Part shown: positions 34,566 through 48,198 of the stretch, piece by piece
Numbering within the stretch: position 1 is the first letter of the stretch
How the letters are laid out: every line of letters starts with the position of its first letter
Assembly: GCA_032718475.1 (NCBI GenBank)
Contig: JAUCBJ010004334.1
Location: 76,921-140,920, forward strand
Origin: Nemertoderma westbladi
Taxonomy: Eukaryota; Animalia; Xenacoelomorpha
Length of the DNA stretch: 64,000 nucleotides
Direction of reading: 5' to 3'
Program-made: the position numbers and the translations under genes
The notes under the pieces: generated by a model
What the model was told of the DNA's origin: nothing
The model's database searches: none
What the model saw: only the letters and a program-made list of their open reading frames with translations

Positions 34566-37500
34566 TTTCATTTTTATTATTGACAGATTGTTAACTTACC
34601 CGGCGCTGAACCTTGCAGTACTGGAGTCCGCCCACTCAGGCATTGATAGAGTACACAGTCTTCTAAAAGGAGTTGAATGGGGCTTCGTTAACGGAGGAGT
34701 ACAGTACAATGAAAACACATGTAAAAACAGCAATAACAATTATGAGGAAAAACGGATTTATAAAAATTTTCAGAAATAAAATCATTTCAGCTACACTCAC
34801 GGACGGTAAGAAATTGGGTATAAGTAAAACTAAAATTTGGACCATGGATGATATGAACAATAATTAAATTATATCAGATATCAAAGTTACAGAAAGGCAT
34901 AAAATCGAAATCAAGTAGCAAATGAGAAAATATTGAAATTGATAGTTTCAACAGTTTCAGACGGCAAGGAGTTCCAGAGCGGAACAACACGATTTGAAAA
35001 ATAATGTTTGTATATCTGCAGCCGACAGCGAGGTACAAAAAGCTTTTGGTTGTGGCCTCTCAGACCTGAACGAGGCGGCTCAGAAAAGGGATCTAGGACA
35101 CTTCCCCCCCGGACACTTGCCCCCCGGACACTTCCCCCCCGCCCAAGTAGGACACTTCCCCCCCGGACACTTCCCCCCCGGACACTTGCCCCCCGGACAC
35201 TTCCCCCCCAGTTAAAGTGTTAAAATTAATCTGGGTGCATCAAAGCAATAAACAAAAGTTGAAGATGGTTACAGCTTACAGGACAAGTTGTATCTAGACA
35301 AGTTTTTTCATAATTATAAAAGAAACATTTTTATAGTCAAATTTTGTTTATTTTTCTTTTAATTCCTTTAATTCTTTTAATTGGGGGCTGCCGCCCCCAA
35401 ACCCCCGCTTCTTTTGTTGGGGGCTACCGCCCCCAAACCCCCGCTTCTTTTCATGGGGGCTGCCGCCCCCAAACCCCCGCTTCTTTTCTTGGGGGTTATC
35501 GTCCCCAAACCCCGGCATTTCCCTGAGTGCCCGTGGTGAAAGACTTAAGACCACTTTGAAATAATTAATTCATGTTTGTATCATCAGATAATAAATTGAC
35601 TAAGCCTAAAGTAGGAACTGTATTGAATGTTAACCAATTTAATATATAAATTACTACAATATTATATAATTCAACAAAATCCTATTAAAAATATTGCAAG
35701 TAACCAGGAAATTTAATATGTAGTGTGTATAATATCTATATAGTATGTATAGTAGTAATATGTATATCAATATGTAATGCTGAACACAGAATAAAGGTCG
35801 ACGCATGTCGATTTTACCCTGGAGAGGTATAATTTTGATTGCAACAATAATATTCATCCCCATCTGCTACAATTTGAAGAAGACTATTACATAATAATAC
35901 CTATAATTAAAACAATTAATTATTATAATTCTATAGTTAATAAAAACAGTATATCATTCGGGGGATGGAATTTATAGGTCATCTAATATAATTAATTGTT
36001 TAAAGATTAGCAAACAATACGATGTAATTGCATTGATAAAACCCATAAATAAAACTTGGATATAAAATGTAAAATCGGGATACAAAAGATCACTTTCTGA
36101 GCTACGAAAGGAAAATTGGATACAAATTATCTGGATACAAGCGGTCCGTTTACCTTACAAAATGAAAAATACGAATGTGCGAAGTTAAGAACAGTCGGGG
36201 GGGAAGTGTCCGCGGGGGGGAAGTGTCTGGGGGGGAAGTGTCCGGGGGGGAAGTGTCCTACTTGAGCGGGGGGGAACTGTCCGGGGGGGAAGTGTCCGGG
36301 GGGGAAGTGTCCGAACACCCAGAAAAGTACTGGGCGCTCTCAAGAAAATAACTGATAAGGGCGCTGCTATGGTACAAGCTAGTTTAGAAAATAGAATAGC
36401 CGGGAACCCGTCCGGGGTGGAACTGTGTTTCGGAGCTAGTTTATGTAAAAAAAGTTAAAACATTTACAGGATTAAAATCAACAGAAGATAAATTAACATT
36501 ATAGGGTACTTTGCGGTTAAAATTTAAAGGCACATTATTGTCAGGGGTAAAATTTTCTGAAAAGACAGAGGAAAAAATGGTAGCCTTAGTTTCGTCATCA
36601 ATTACTGTTTCACCTTTGTATTTCAGGGGGCCAATGTCCGATCTGTTGGAGTTCTTTTTCTTCAGGTACTGAAAGATCGCATTTGTGTTTCCAGAACTGA
36701 GAATTCGGATTTCCCGCTCGCAGTCAGCACGGTGAGCGGCGCGGGAAGCTTGCGCTGCGACACATTTATACGCAGCCATACCGCCTTCCGAGTGACGCCT
36801 GCGCCACAAGCGTTTCTTTGCTTTCTGTAAAATCTTGACGTAATGAGGGTACTTCTTTTGGTTGCTATCGTTACAAAATTCCTTGTAAGGAATATAAGTA
36901 TTTATACCACTTTTCATAACCTTGCTAAATGCTAGGAAGAAATCGTTCACTGTTCTACATGAAGCAAACTCTTCTTCTTCCCATTTAATTGACCTCATAA
37001 ATGACTTAAAACCTGTGTAGTCACCATTTGCGAAATCGTAAAAACCACGTGGCGCAGAGGTGTCCGAGCTGTCACACTGAGGTGAACCAATTATATCGAA
37101 GGACACAGTGGCGTGTTCGCTCGTAGAGAATGGAGCAGCCGTCGAAACGCTCGAGACAAAATGGTCATCCGTGGTAAAAATAAGGTCTAGAACGTTGTCA
37201 CCTCTGGTAGGCTCGTACTGGACCTGCGAGAGGCCTGATTCCAAAACGAAACTAAAAAAGTTGTTATAGATATCGTTGTCCGGGTGGGAAACATCAGTCC
37301 AATCGAACAGCGGCAGATTAAAGTCGCCAGTGATCACACACGGTTTGTTGGTGTCGCACAGGATGTTGAGAGCTTCACAAAGTCCGGTAGTAGTGTCAGG
37401 AACGCTGGGAACAGGTGGCGGACGGTAAGCGCATATTAATCGTGAAGAGCCGTCAATGAGGTCAATGGCTACAGCTTCTATGTCCGTAGTTTGACGAGGA

Positions 37501-37630
37501 AGTGCAACAGGTATGCACTTTATCGAGTTCCGCACAAGGAGGGCCACTCCACCCCCAACCCGGTCGTGTCTGTCATGCCGGAAGACCCGGAAACGTTTGC
37601 TGCCAGACAACATTAGAATCATTAGAATCG
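34566..37630 (-). mobile_element. CR1-clade LINE fragment with RT deleted, interrupted by a MITE
   Basis: APE ORF 36441-37622 (RHDR..GGGV, YRPP, GDFN, LDLIF); SSTPDGFP..AAPLSVIF at about 36345-36425; C-terminus LRGHNQKL..FSNRVVPLWNSLP at about 34925-35075. Confidence 0.82.
35089..36319. mobile_element. MITE with tandemly repeated TIRs (Mutator/Phantom-like)
   Basis: Inverted arrays of GGACACTTCCCCCCC at both ends; 8-bp TSD CAGAAAAG at 35081-35088 and 36320-36327. Confidence 0.85.
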
Positions 37631-38235
37631 AGATTAAATCAAACTCTAGTAACCATGCTGTCTTGTCTATCTATACCGATTCTGACCAATTACACTGTGA
37701 TGAGTGTCTCCCAGCTGTACTTTTTGCGTATCGCACTTCTATACATTCAAACTGTCAATCAAACTCCAATTTTCCTTACCTATGGTCGTGAAGCAACATT
37801 ACCTTCAGACGCTGTTTTACTTAAAGCGACCGACAATGCTAGTTTAGATGACTATACTAGACGACTAGCGAAAACAGTTTTGATCAGTAGGAAAAATACA
37901 GAGTCATTACAAAAACAAGCTCAATCTACTACTAGGATCGGCATGCTGCATTGCAGCTGCATTTTTAAGAATGCTGTGCCGGAATTCGTTCGGAATTCTA
38001 GATTCATTCGGAATTATCACAACATAGTTGTACCGCAATGTAAAGTAGGAAACTACGTATTCATAGAAGAATGGGAATGTCCCGTTGGTTTGTCACGAAA
38101 GCTCATAGCAAAATATCTTGGGCCTTACAGGGTACACGCAATTGAAGGTGAAAATTTACGGTTAACTAGGCCATGTCGTAAAAGTATAAGCGCCCTTATT
38201 CACCCCAACATGGTAAAACCTGCGCGTTTACGCTA
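37625..38235 (+). mobile_element. Gypsy integrase C-terminal fragment (frameshifted)
   Basis: RLNQTLVTML, ECLPAVLFAYRTSIH, TYGREATLP, RKLIAKYLGPYRV (GPY/F), IHPNMVKP. Confidence 0.82.
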
Positions 38236-38274
38236 CAGTCTGTCTGATACCAGCCCCGCCAGCCACAGCCGCGC

Positions 38275-38580
38275 GTGGCTGTGGCTGTGGCTGTGGCTGT
38301 GGCTGTGGCTGTGGCTGTGGCTGTGGCTGTGGCTGTGGCTGTGGCTGTGGCTGTGGCTGTGGCTGTGGCTGTGGCTGTGGCTGTGGATGTGGCTGTGGTT
38401 GTGGTTGTGGCTGTGGCTGTGGCACCCCTCACTCCCTCCCTCACTCCCTCACTCCATCACTCCCTCACTCCCTCTCTCCCTCACTCCCTCTCTCCCTCAC
38501 TCCCTCACTCCCTCACTCCCTCACTCCCTCTCTCCCTCACTCCCTCGCTCCCTCACTCCCTCACTCCCTCACTCCATCAC
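38275..38580. repeat. (GTGGCT)n followed by (CCCTCACT)n microsatellites
   Basis: Direct inspection. Confidence 0.95.
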
Positions 38581-40048
38581 TCAAATACAAAATGTAGTAT
38601 TATTGCATAGCAACCAATTCATAGCTACTGTATGGTTTTTACTTTGAGACATTTCACCCTCTAGCAGCAGACTCGGAACTTCAGACTACTCTGTGACTCC
38701 GCAAAAAGATATAGTCTATATTGTAATAGATACCGATTGGGGGGTCAAAATTAAGTAATAATATATCTAAAAAAGTCTCAAACATCTTGCCTCATGGCTC
38801 GCCCCTCAGAACTCTTAAGCAATATAGCTTCATAGTTTTTAAGGAAAACTGGTAAACGAGATTTGTAATTACGCATACCTCGCAGACTTAAGTAATTAAT
38901 TATACAGTACAGTAGGTTAGATCGTTTTGAGAATAGTACCGTTGGAAACAGCGCCCTCGAAAACCTCAGTACAAATAAAATTAATAAAGATTAACAGGAT
39001 ATAGCTTGTTATAATAAAACATAAATTATAATACAATAGAACAATTAGGGTTGTAAATAAAAACAAATTAAATAAATTGAAGATAAACTGTATATAACTT
39101 ATGTATTAAAAGAGGGCCTTATTTAATTATTTGCGGTCAGGCGCGCAGGCTGCTTCACAACACAATGTGAAAGAATGCAATCTATTGCAAACCAGATGTT
39201 TATTCTGATTTCTCAGGCGATTTGACAATGGTCTACATGATAACGAAGCTGGAGGTTTAAATAATTTAAAATTCGTGCAACCCCATGTTGACATACAGTA
39301 TAACTCAACATAGGATTCAATGGGATTAGTCATGCTACGTCTAATAAGAGCCAAGACCAACCTGTAAGGGTAAATTATGTTTTGGGCCCCGCTCGCATCT
39401 TTATATTTCATTCTACCTTTACCTTCTACTGTATGACAAAAATAATACAAATGTACTGTATACAGTATTGTATAATTGTTCCTATTGTATTGTATATTTC
39501 ATCTACTGTAGTACAATCTATTCATCGCGCGTCCCTATCTGGTTGATTTGTGTCAAATTAAATTGCCTTTGGCAACATTATTTGATACAAATCGATCGAT
39601 TAAACAATTAATTAATTGTTTAATCAACCAATTAATTAATTGTTTAATTAATTAATGACCTACTTAACACCTAAGGTGCGAAGTAGGTCCAACTGTCGCC
39701 GAAATGGGTATACTCTTACTACTGATTTAATTTAATCATACATTATTTTGCTGTAATTGTCTTACAGATATTTGATTTACATTATTTTTGAGTTCTCGGA
39801 TTTTCAGATGTAGTTATTTCAAAAGCTTATAAGTGAAGGTAGTAGACTGTCTGTGAAATAGGCAAATTCAACGAATTTGTAATTTCATATTTAAATTAAA
39901 GGTCGACACAGCTTTTTGCCTCATGATATTTTCCTACAGTATGTCACTTTCTTAATAATAATTGTAAGTAAAAAAGTTTAAATGGTAACTGGAAGTCAAA
40001 CTATGTATTTATTATTTTACAACAATTTTATTTACTTTACTTTAATTG

Positions 40049-41249
40049 TGTAAAAGCTTTTGTGGGATAACTGATTCGTTTGCCTTGCTGGCCAGTTCCC
40101 CCCCGGTCGCTAGAATACTCTAAAAAGGATCTATAGGTAAAATAGTGCAAGCTACCAGCTTATTGGCTGATGGGCTGTACGAAAGTATCTGGGTTCTGTT
40201 CGATCAGCCAACCAGCTTAGGGAGGTTGCCTTAGCCCTGCTGTCCGTATCGGCCAATAGAATTTGAGTGGGCGTTGATTTTGACCTATCCCAGAGCTACT
40301 GAACTGAATTTTCCTATCTCACTGCTCATCCTCTGTGTTGAACGGGAGCTTCGGGGAATAAGGGTAGTTGGTATCCTCGTATAGTTAGGTAGTCATATGA
40401 TTTTATATGATTCTGTTGTTGTGTTCCCATTTTTCGCCATAACACCGGCTTTTTGGGAAGAACTCTAGTAAAACTGCTTAAATTATCGAAAGTATAACTG
40501 TTATCCGATCAATCCGACCTAATTACTTATCTGATCTAATTAACTCACTATTAATCATATTGTTTGTACTGTTATTTACCGTCAGTTATTAATTGTATCT
40601 ATTTGTTGATGGAAATATTGCTCTTTGGAGAATACGGATAAATCACCCAAATTTCCCAATTTTCTTGATACACTACAGGTTAGAGAGACAGGCTATATAT
40701 AACAATTGCGATTTATATCAATGTGGTGTGTATTGAATCTAATGTTATTTAGCAGACCCTACATGAGTCAATTGCTGCTCTCTTTATGTGTGATCAAATT
40801 TACTGACGGTCGGCAAAATAGTGTGCATGATTGTGATTGGTAACAAAGCATTTCCTAAAGAATGCGCCTTATACTTTAATCATAAGCAGTATCGTTGCGT
40901 TTAGTATAAGTCCTAGCTCTGTTTAAATAGATAGAGCGCCACGTCCTAAAGGAACTGTTAATATTTCCCGAAAGCCAATAATATCTGTCAGAAATTAATT
41001 AATAACGATCAATCGAATAATACAGTAGGTTTACACTGCAACCTTACACTGCAATAATAAAATTTAAGCAGCCGAATTCAGCCTCCCGGGTGTAGATCCA
41101 TCGGGTGAATGATTGCGCATGGGCTGGCTTCGGGTAATGTTTTGTTTATTAGCATAAAATATTGTCGTATGCTAAAGGTGTTTTAATTAACTAAAAGACA
41201 TATAAATTTTGGCAGGTTAAACTGCTAAAGGTCTTCAAAAGCGCGAACA
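40049..41249 (+). repeat. 5' LTR
   Basis: Direct repeat of 52063-53263, about 4 mismatches seen by eye. Confidence 0.95.
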
Positions 41250-41610
41250 ATAACAGTTATCGATCTTATTACAGTAGGCAATAAGGTTGCAAGATACCGT
41301 AGTAACCGGTACTTCTGTAGGTCAGTAGGCCCAACTGCCAGAACCGGTACTGCTGTAGGTCCGTAGGTCCAACTGCCAGAACCGGTACTTCTGTAGGTCT
41401 GTAGGCCCAACTGTCCTAACCGGTACTGCTGTATCAGTACATTAGTATTATTCGATTTTGATTATTGTATACCGGTAGGTCTCGATATTAAATCGGGGAC
41501 GCCTGGTTTTTATTGGGATTTTACTTAGGTCTATTTCTGTCAGTTTTATTTCCTAGTAAGTTAATATTGAGCTGAAGACGTGTAAGTCTGCTCAGATTGT
41601 TCAGATAATT

Positions 41611-42180
41611 GTAGGCTGAACTGCTGTCTGACTGTTGTTGGGTTTGGAGAGATTACGGCGTGTGTAGAGTTTGTCTGATAAAGTGCCGTTAGTAAGTTGG
41701 GGCAGCCATATGCTGTAAGGTCAATCCCCTCTTAAAGAATAAGTCGTACTACCGTGTTAGAACGCATACTAACTAACTGTTTCAGAATCTGCATATACTG
41801 TAGTTTATTTAGGCTTGATCGTAGTCTGCCAGTGTTTTAGCCTGTGTTTGTTTGTGTGGTCTGTTCAGGTACCGTAATAGTTATTACTCAGATATTTTGT
41901 AGGCTGGATTGTTGTCTAGCTATTATTAGGTCTGAAGAGATTGCTGTGTGTGTGGAGTTTGTCTGATAAAGTGCTGTTAGTAAGTTGGGGCAGCCATATG
42001 CTGTAAGGTCAATCCCCTCTTAAAGAATAAGTCGTACTACCGTGTTAGAACGCATACTAACTAACCATTTCAGAATCTACACGTACGGTCGTTTATTTAG
42101 GCTTGGTGGTAGTCTGCCAGCGTTTGGTTTGTATTTTATTTGAGTATTCTGTACGGGTAGCGTAATATTTATTATTCAGA
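41611..42180 (+). repeat. 288-bp tandem duplication in the BEL leader with a highly conserved intron-like core
   Basis: Cores 41692-41785 and 41980-42073 (GTAAGT..TACTAAC..TTTCAG). Confidence 0.85.
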
Positions 42181-43480
42181 GTTTATGCGATTATTCGCAA
42201 CATTCATGTCCCCAAGTTTATTCCTACAGTAATTGTGCTTGTTATACATACCGTTATAGTTAAATTAACCCCGGTACTACACGGGCTGCTTGGCGTAGGA
42301 CAAGACTGGTGACATTGTGCCCTGGTCACTCCAGCAGATGCCGTGGTTCTTTTAACTGTTCAAGTATATTTAACTACTGATTATTTGTTATACCGGTACT
42401 TGTACCTAATTTAGGGTTTAGTGTACAGTGCTTTCCGAAGTAATTAGGGTGTATTTGTGTTGTAAAGTGGTTGATAGGCACATTCGTTAGCTCTATTAAC
42501 TTCTGGGTAGGAACACTCCGTGATACATAACGTAGTACCTATAGCGATACGGTTATAGGTCTTCAGGCGGTGGTATTTTCCTATCTGGACAGTACAGTAT
42601 ATTTACTACTACTTATTATTTCAAATACCGTAGTACCCTGTCCGTTGTAATAACCAGAATTCTAACCCTTTGTTAGGCTGGTTTGTAGACTTCCTGTAAA
42701 ATTACCCTAAAAATTTCGTACGTAATATTTTTGTTGTGTTTAATTAGAGAATTAATCTCACCCATATCGTAAGTAATTTGTAGTATTAAGTAACTTAAGT
42801 AAATTAGAATTATCAGTTTTAGTGTCAAATAAATAGCACTTCACTGAGAGCGCACAGCTTCTGTGTAGTGACCCCCCAGAAATAATAACATTTATTTCAA
42901 ATATTGACAAAACCCTTTTAAACGGGTATATATCTATTATAAATCAACTCAAACGATTTATAAATAGTAGGCCTGCCCTACAACAACTAGGTCTCAATAT
43001 CAGTTGAACTACTGCTTAAATAACGGTAATAAAGTAAGTTAAAGTAACCAAGTAACCCTAAAATATTCAGAAATTCAATTATTCTAAAATAATTGACATA
43101 CCGGTATTTACCATAGGCTTATTATATTTATTTCTATAAATTTGAGCTGAAATCATACCGGTATTCTGTAATTAATTCTAGTTCATAATTATACTTATAT
43201 ATACTATAAGTGTAAGCTGTATACCGGTATTTACGATAGGCCTATTATATATTTATATATATTTGTGCTAAATTTATATACCGGTACTCTGTGACAAATC
43301 TAGTCTGTAATAATACTTATAAATATTATAAGCATACCGGTATTCTCATATATTGTATATACATCACGTTACACTGAGTAACGGTATCGGTAATAAATCG
43401 CTAGGCTTGCGGTCATACTGAATTACCAGACTTGCTTTAACTGAAACTATAGTAGTAGACATTCAACTGTATAGCTAAAC

Positions 43481-46400
43481 ATGTCTGACACTCAGCAAAA
43501 CCTGTCAGACAGTCTGATCGATACAACTATCTGTGACTCAGATAGGAGTGTGGAGCGATTAAGAAAGGAGTTCAGCTCACCTCCTACTGCAAAAAAGGTC
43601 ATCCCTCCAGTAGTATCAGACCCTAGGCTAATCCACCATAGGTCCATCATAGGCACTCGGGCACAGGTCAAACGGAACCAAGAGGCAGTTGTCCCATCGC
43701 AGCAACATCTTGGTCAAGAACCTACTTCCCAGCGACCCGATAGCTCCAGCAGTTCGGATACTGTAGAGCTGACCCCCGAACGCGGAGTGCAGATGGCTGC
43801 TACAGTCTACTCGGACCCCCTTCTTACCCTTCCTGCTGCAGTGCTAACTACTATATTCATTGCGGTGGAGGAACATCAAGCCGACTGGGCGAGGAATAAG
43901 CGAGCGACCCAAGATAATTATGCGGGATACGCCAGGGAAGAATTAATGTCTATTGTCGAGTCACAATGGAACTTTCCCGGACTCGGACTCCCGTTGGATC
44001 TGTCTGAGGCTACTTGGGAAAATATACACAGGATGGGAGTGGCAAAAGATACAATGGATCCAGCTGTTTGGAAGAGGTCGGCAGCAGGATATGTGCAGGG
44101 ATTCTTAGGCTCCTTGGAGCGATTGGAAGAACAACTGTTTCGACAACCTCAAGGACCTCAAGAGCAGGAAGAGCTGCTATACCAAATACGCGAAAGAACC
44201 CTACGCATACGACTAATCCTCTCAGCATTTGAGGAAACTTCCAAAAGAAGACCGGACACGTCGCTGCAGGTTGCTGTCAAAACTTGGTTACATCGGGTAG
44301 ATCTTAAAGTACAGGAAACGGCCCAGTGGAAATCCCAGCTGGCTGAGAGATCAACCTATGAAGAACAAACTGATGTCACCCTTTCTCAAGCGGAAAGCGA
44401 AGAGACCGCCGAGAAACCGCGAACTAGAGACGCTATCGACATTTATTTGTCCGACTATCAGCGATTCCTAGGAGACGAAGAGTTGAGGAGACGGCTGTCT
44501 GGACTTTGCCCTAATAGTGAAGGAACCAAGCTTGTGTTGGACTCAATCGATGCGGAAATGTTAGCTGCAAACCAAGCTGAATGTGATGAAAAACTCCGCC
44601 TCACTAGAGTCCGAGAAGAACAAGTAAAGAAATAATGGATAGAGAAAAGAAAGGTGGCAGCAGCAGCGGCAGCCGAAGCAGAAGCCGAAAGAAAGGCGGC
44701 AGAAGCAGAAGCCGAAAGAAAGTCGGCAGAAGCAGAAGCCGAAAGAAAAGCGGCAGAAGCAGAAGCCGAAAGAAAGTCGGCAAAAGCAGAAGCCGAAAGA
44801 AAGGCGGCAGAAGCAGAAGCCGAAAGAAAGGCAGCAGAAGCAGAAGCAGAAAGAAAAGCAGCAGTGGCAGAAGCAGAAGCCGAAAGAAAGGCGGCAGAAG
44901 CAGAAGCAGAAAGAAAAGCAGCAGTGGCAGAAGCAGAACGTAGAGCTTCTGAGGAGACTATCCAATTGGAGTTGGAAAATCTGCAAGAGACGCAAGACAG
45001 TATAAATAAACAGTTTACTGCTAATCAAATGCAGATGATGAGAAAATCTACTCCCAAGCGCCAGGGATACACATCCTCGGAGGAAGGCGAGACTACCGAT
45101 CCTGAAGGCGGAGGAAATAGATCTCATCTAAGTAGGTGTAGAAAAACATCTTATCGTCGCAAATTGCCTGATTTGCCCCCAGCTGTTAGAAGACAGCTAG
45201 CTAGCACAGACTTGAGTAGTATAGAACCTACAGCCCAAAGTATTAAGGTCCAAAGACTCTCTACAATAGTTGATGAGCCTGAGATAATTAGGCCAGTCGT
45301 TCCCAAAGTCACTTCTGTGTTAGAGACCCCTGTACTTCCAGAGCTTAACTCTAAATTCCCTTTACATAGTACTACACTGCCTGTACCCGGTGGAACAGTC
45401 CAAGAGAATATCCCTGTCCAGATAGCAGAGAGAGAAATCAAAAATTTGTCTCCCGTCGTCCCGCGTCAGCCCGCTACTATGTTGGCGACTCCCGCTTCGG
45501 CGGTTGAGTGGGTGGAAGAGGGACGGCGGGGGATGAATCTCCTGCTAGGACAGATGCAGGAGACTGTCCACCAACTTAAGGGAACAGTGAGGGAAGGTAG
45601 AGCAGAGTTGCAAGAAGTGCAGCAAAGTATCGCGCTAGAACGCGACAAATTAGTCAATATACAAAAGGGCATACCAATACCCCCTGTAACATTGTGTCAG
45701 CCTGTTAGGTCTGAAGTATTACATGCGCAAGGTGTGGAGCCTACACGCATCTATACTGCTAGTGAAGTTGAAACTCCTATAGCAAACCCTATTAAGGGTG
45801 ATTATAGACCTGTTATTAATGATATTCCCTATAGACCTGATAATGATCCGAGAAATTTATATACCGATAATTCGATATTAAATAACACGATAGCCCAAGA
45901 AAGCTTTACGCGTCAGATGGCTAGAACAGAAGCCCGCCAAGCGGTCAAAGTGGGAGAGATCGTCAAATTCAATGGAGATGAGATGAAATGGTTACCTTTC
46001 AACGAATATTACAAAGATAGCATACAGAACTCTGCACTATCTAACGGAGAGAAACTTAGATTCCTCATCAAGTGCTTGGAAGGACCTCCCAAGTTAATGG
46101 CGTTAAAGTTTATTGGACATCCAGATGGATTAAGACAAGTTTGGGATACATTAAACATCAGGTATGGTAACAAGGATAACATAGCTAAGTATTTGTATGC
46201 AAAATTAGTAGCCCCCCGACACTTCCTTAGTAGCGGGATTATAGAGTTTTCCGATGAAATTCAGGAGATCGTAGACAACTGGACTGGTTAGGTAAGTCGC
46301 ATGAATATCAGAGTTCCATGGTTATTGGAGCCGTAGTCTCTACTTTACCAAAGGGTGGAGTATGTACACGCTGGGACAAGAAAGTGTTGTACATGAATGA

Positions 46401-48198
46401 ACAACAACGACGAAGTCCTACCATGGCTGATCTCATGTCTTTCTTAGATAGTGAAGTAAAATTACAACTAATAAGGCAGTCCAGAGAGAAAACATCGGAA
46501 AATAAGGTAAGTGAGAAACCCGTTTCTAGGAGAAGGATAATACCAGTGTGTTATACTGACGACGGTGAAAGCCAAGCTTCTCAAGAAGAGGACAGCGGGA
46601 AAGACACAGCAAAATCTTACTATGACAACAAGACCTATAAAGACGTAAGTAAATACAAGTCTCGAACCAGTGACAGGAGAGAACAGGTAACAACAACTCC
46701 TCCTACGTCTCCTAAGAGAATTCACGGAAGAAAGCCCGAAGAAAGAACGAGAGTGCAGAACGTTAACCAAGTTAAGGTGAGTAACATCAAACCAAAATGT
46801 GCGCTGTGCGACGGGCCCCACCGTTTGAGTGCGTGTGCTGAATTTCAAAAGAAATCCCTTGTAGACAGACGTACAGTCCTGTGGAATAAGCGGTTATGCT
46901 ATAATTGCCTCAGATCAGGACACCAACGGCGAACCTGTTACTCCGACATAAAGTGTGCAAAGTGTGGCGCGAAACATCACATCTTGTTACACAGTGAGTT
47001 CGAACGAGACAAACTGAGTCAGGTAAGTGAGCCCGAACTACATGTCCAATTTAGTGACGTAAACGACACTGATCAAGAGTCTGAGATGGAAGGATTCTAT
47101 ACTGACGAATTCTCCGACGCCAATGAATCCTGTTATCTAATAAATACCGCAGTGTATCGAGCACTTACTTACGAAAAGGACATCAACGATGAGTTTCCCC
47201 CAACTACTTTCGCCAAACAACCATCTTGGAAAGCTCCAGCTTCCAACGTAGGAATCAGAGAATTTCCTGTAGTTCAAGTAAGAGTTCACGGTCTTAACAA
47301 AAGCTACATAGTGAACGCCCTCCTTGACTCCGGCAGCATAGGAACATTCATCGATCAAGAACTAGCCGAAGATATCTTTGCTGGACAACCCAAGTTCCGG
47401 ACTAAATTGAATATGTCAGGAATTATGCAGGTTTGGAAATCTACCCTAACGGCAGATTACTATGTAGGTGTGTTGTCCACCCCCCAGGATAAGTTAGGAA
47501 CACAAGGTATAAGGTCAGTAAAAATGGTGGCTATAAAGAACTTTGCTACTACTCAAGCAGACCTTTATAATTGGGACGAGGATGAGAGCATCCAACATCT
47601 TAAGATACCTCGATTCCAGACAGATTATCCTGGAGTGCAAGTACTCATCGGCCAAAACGCGCACGAGGCGCTCGAAACATTAGAGAAACGGCCTGCTCAA
47701 CCACAGCCACTGCAAACCTATGCTGGCCCTTCCCGTAGAACTCTCAAAGAGAGATTACCTCAACAACAGGTATACCAAGTAAAGGGGGAAGTGGAGAGCA
47801 GTGATGTGGACGATCCAACTGAGGGAACACCATACTCCTCAGATAATGACGATATTAACTCCAATGTAGATCAATGGAGACATTGCCTTGGGACGATTAA
47901 TCCAGCCGACATCGCTTCCAGAGGAGCAACTCCTCAAGAACTGATAGATACTCCCAGCTGGTTAGGTGGACCCGACTCCCTAAGTAAAGAAGAAGATGAA
48001 TGGCTTCCTCATCTTACCACTGCGGAGATTAGACAGGCCAAGGGAGCGGAGGAAGTAACACGACAGCCTAATCGCCCAGCTGGTCGCTTAGGTTTACTGG
48101 AAAGAGACCGAAAACTGTCCGGAAACCATGGAAGGCAAGATACTCTTCCTACGACCACTTCCCTAATTCGACAAAGATCTAGGGACTCCATAACGTAA
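43481..48198 (+). pseudogene. BEL/Pao gag-protease-(deleted pol) polyprotein; one stop (44633-44635) and one frameshift (about 46279)
   Basis: KFNGDEMKW..EKLRFL..L..RYG (DUF1759-like); CALC..H, CYNC..H, CAKC..HH..LH; ALLDSGS; QWRHC..NPADIASRG..WL.GP; RPAGRLGLLE. Confidence 0.88.

Noticed and set aside
34994-36318. GHFPP collagen-like peptides
   Set aside because: Translations of the MITE's 15-bp terminal repeats
37502-38647. 381-aa ORF with a (WL)n run, and the overlapping poly-dipeptide ORFs
   Set aside because: Chimera of CR1 antisense sequence, an integrase fragment and microsatellites
39127-39450. 107-aa ORF with acceptor-like sites
   Set aside because: No recognisable homology; cannot be supported as an exon
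44561-45127. Cys/Phe-rich antisense ORF and RS-rich alternative frame 44635-44943
   Set aside because: Shadow frames of the 27-bp gag repeat
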